DNA of 64,000 nt from Mobula hypostoma (taxonomy: Eukaryota), in NCBI RefSeq assembly GCF_963921235.1, contig NC_086106.1:24924001-24988000 (forward strand), given 5' to 3'. The notes beneath the pieces were generated by a model that was not told where the DNA came from, searched no databases, and worked only from the letters and a program-made list of their open reading frames with translations. Below, in pieces: positions 62,860 to 64,000 of the stretch. Made by a program: the position numbers and the translations under genes. Within the stretch, counting starts at the first letter, position 1, and every line of letters starts with the position of its first letter.

Positions 62860-64000
62860 AAGAAGCTCCCACCTGTCTTCCCTATTTCGCCGTTGGTTAT
62901 GAAAAGTCTCCAGGATCCTGAAGAAGTGACGGATTAATGCCTCCCACAAACAGGAACGGGAGCTCACATTTCAGTTTTTGTGGTTCAATGCTGACCCGGG
63001 ACTCCGTGCGGCTAGATTCCCTATTGCATATAAAGCAACGAGTTTTGCCCAGACGGGACAAGCCGTGGAAACTTGAAGTTGGCAGAGGAGCTGTGTAGCT
63101 GTGTGCACTTGGTTTACTTGGAGAAGTGTACGGCCGCAGAAGATGGCATAGGCAATCCCTACACGAGTGCAGTCGACGACGCCAAGCTACTGTCCTGCGC
63201 CGATGGCTTTTGGACCAGCTGGTAAAGAAAACGTTGAAATAAGACCAGAGAATTAGAAAGTCATCAAAGAGAAAGTTGAGACTATAAGTTAGAACAGGAA
63301 GAGAAGTTTACACACAATAGGAAAAAGGAAACGTATTCGTTCAGGACTAGCCAATCAAGAAGGACTGATTTGGGAATTGAGTATGTATGTCACTGGACTT
63401 GACATGTCTACACTTATTCCTCATGCAAATGACAGAGTTTGGCACCGAAGTGTAGATTATGATCGACACTTTGACAGTTCGAACCGGCAGTAAGTCGAGG
63501 GGAGTATATGTGGCATCAAGTATCGCACATACTCTTACGTGAAATTTCTATATACAGAAAAAGAAAGGTTTCCTGAACACATTTTACAAGCACCACCTCA
63601 TCGAGTCCTTTTACCGCATGGGAGTTCCAGACAATATGTGGGAAGTTATTGTCACCTATTTAACAACCCTGTGTTTCTTGCATTGCTCTGCGAAGTCTCT
63701 ACAAATTTCTTCCTTTCAGACCCCGATTACTGAGTGATCTGTAATATAGACCGATTGATGTGGACATGCCTTTCGCAATTCCCAGCTCATACATAACGCC
63801 TCACTTAGTTGAGTTATTTACGTTGTACTGATTGAGCATTGTCATGAATTTTCAATAACTCGTAACACAATCGTTTCTCATTTGAATCCTGCTCTTCTCT
63901 CGCGTCCTAAGCAAAGGAACCACGGGATAATGAGTTGTTATTCCTATCAATTCTGCACCAAGTCTCACAACTGGCTACAATATATAATTTCCTGCGTCCA
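62860..64000 (+). pseudogene. Duplicate of relic C (cut by the window end)
   Basis: Paralog of 20,730-21,861; donor GTAAGT at 63,490; acceptor ending at 63,719. Confidence 0.45.

Larger units (their letters stand above)
42547..64000 (+). repeat. Second copy of a roughly 42.5-kb tandem segmental duplication (paralogous to 1-21,861)
   Basis: Collinear identity with offsets of about 42,547 (position 1), 42,526 (4,752/47,278), 42,520 (11,343/53,863), 42,123 (14,011/56,134) and 42,139 (21,400/63,539); many ORF-track peptides are identical between copies. Confidence 0.97.

Noticed and set aside
1-64000. CRISPR arrays, rRNA, tRNA or prokaryotic systems
   Set aside because: No repeat-spacer arrays or structural RNA genes recognised; the sequence is vertebrate and intron-containing. 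No TCR or Ig constant exon was found in the window either.

Overview
Eukaryotic, transposon-rich DNA from a cartilaginous fish (a ray is plausible from the repeat families, but this is inference), most likely part of the T-cell receptor alpha/delta locus. The key feature is one apparently intact NAR-TCR (NTCR) cassette on the + strand at 28,523-31,297. It runs: leader exon, IgNAR-like V (22-bp-spacer RSS), a single 15-nt D flanked by 12/12 RSSs, a J with a 23-RSS and a DGxG motif, a 1,025-nt intron, and a leaderless supporting TCR-delta V (23-RSS). Both V domains carry an extra non-canonical Cys. An orphan near-consensus 23-RSS sits just behind the supporting V. By-eye comparison with this cassette reveals up to four heavily decayed, collinear cassette relics (about 4.1-9.5 kb, 15.3-15.7 kb, 20.7-21.9 kb and 25.8-26.8 kb), buried among CR1, Rex1/Babar-like, Ingi/Vingi-like and L1-like LINEs, Penelope-like elements, Gypsy and BEL remnants, and solo LTRs. 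Positions 1-21,861 are repeated at about 42,547-64,000, a roughly 42.5-kb tandem segmental duplication. All alignments and identity estimates were made by eye; TE boundaries are approximate.
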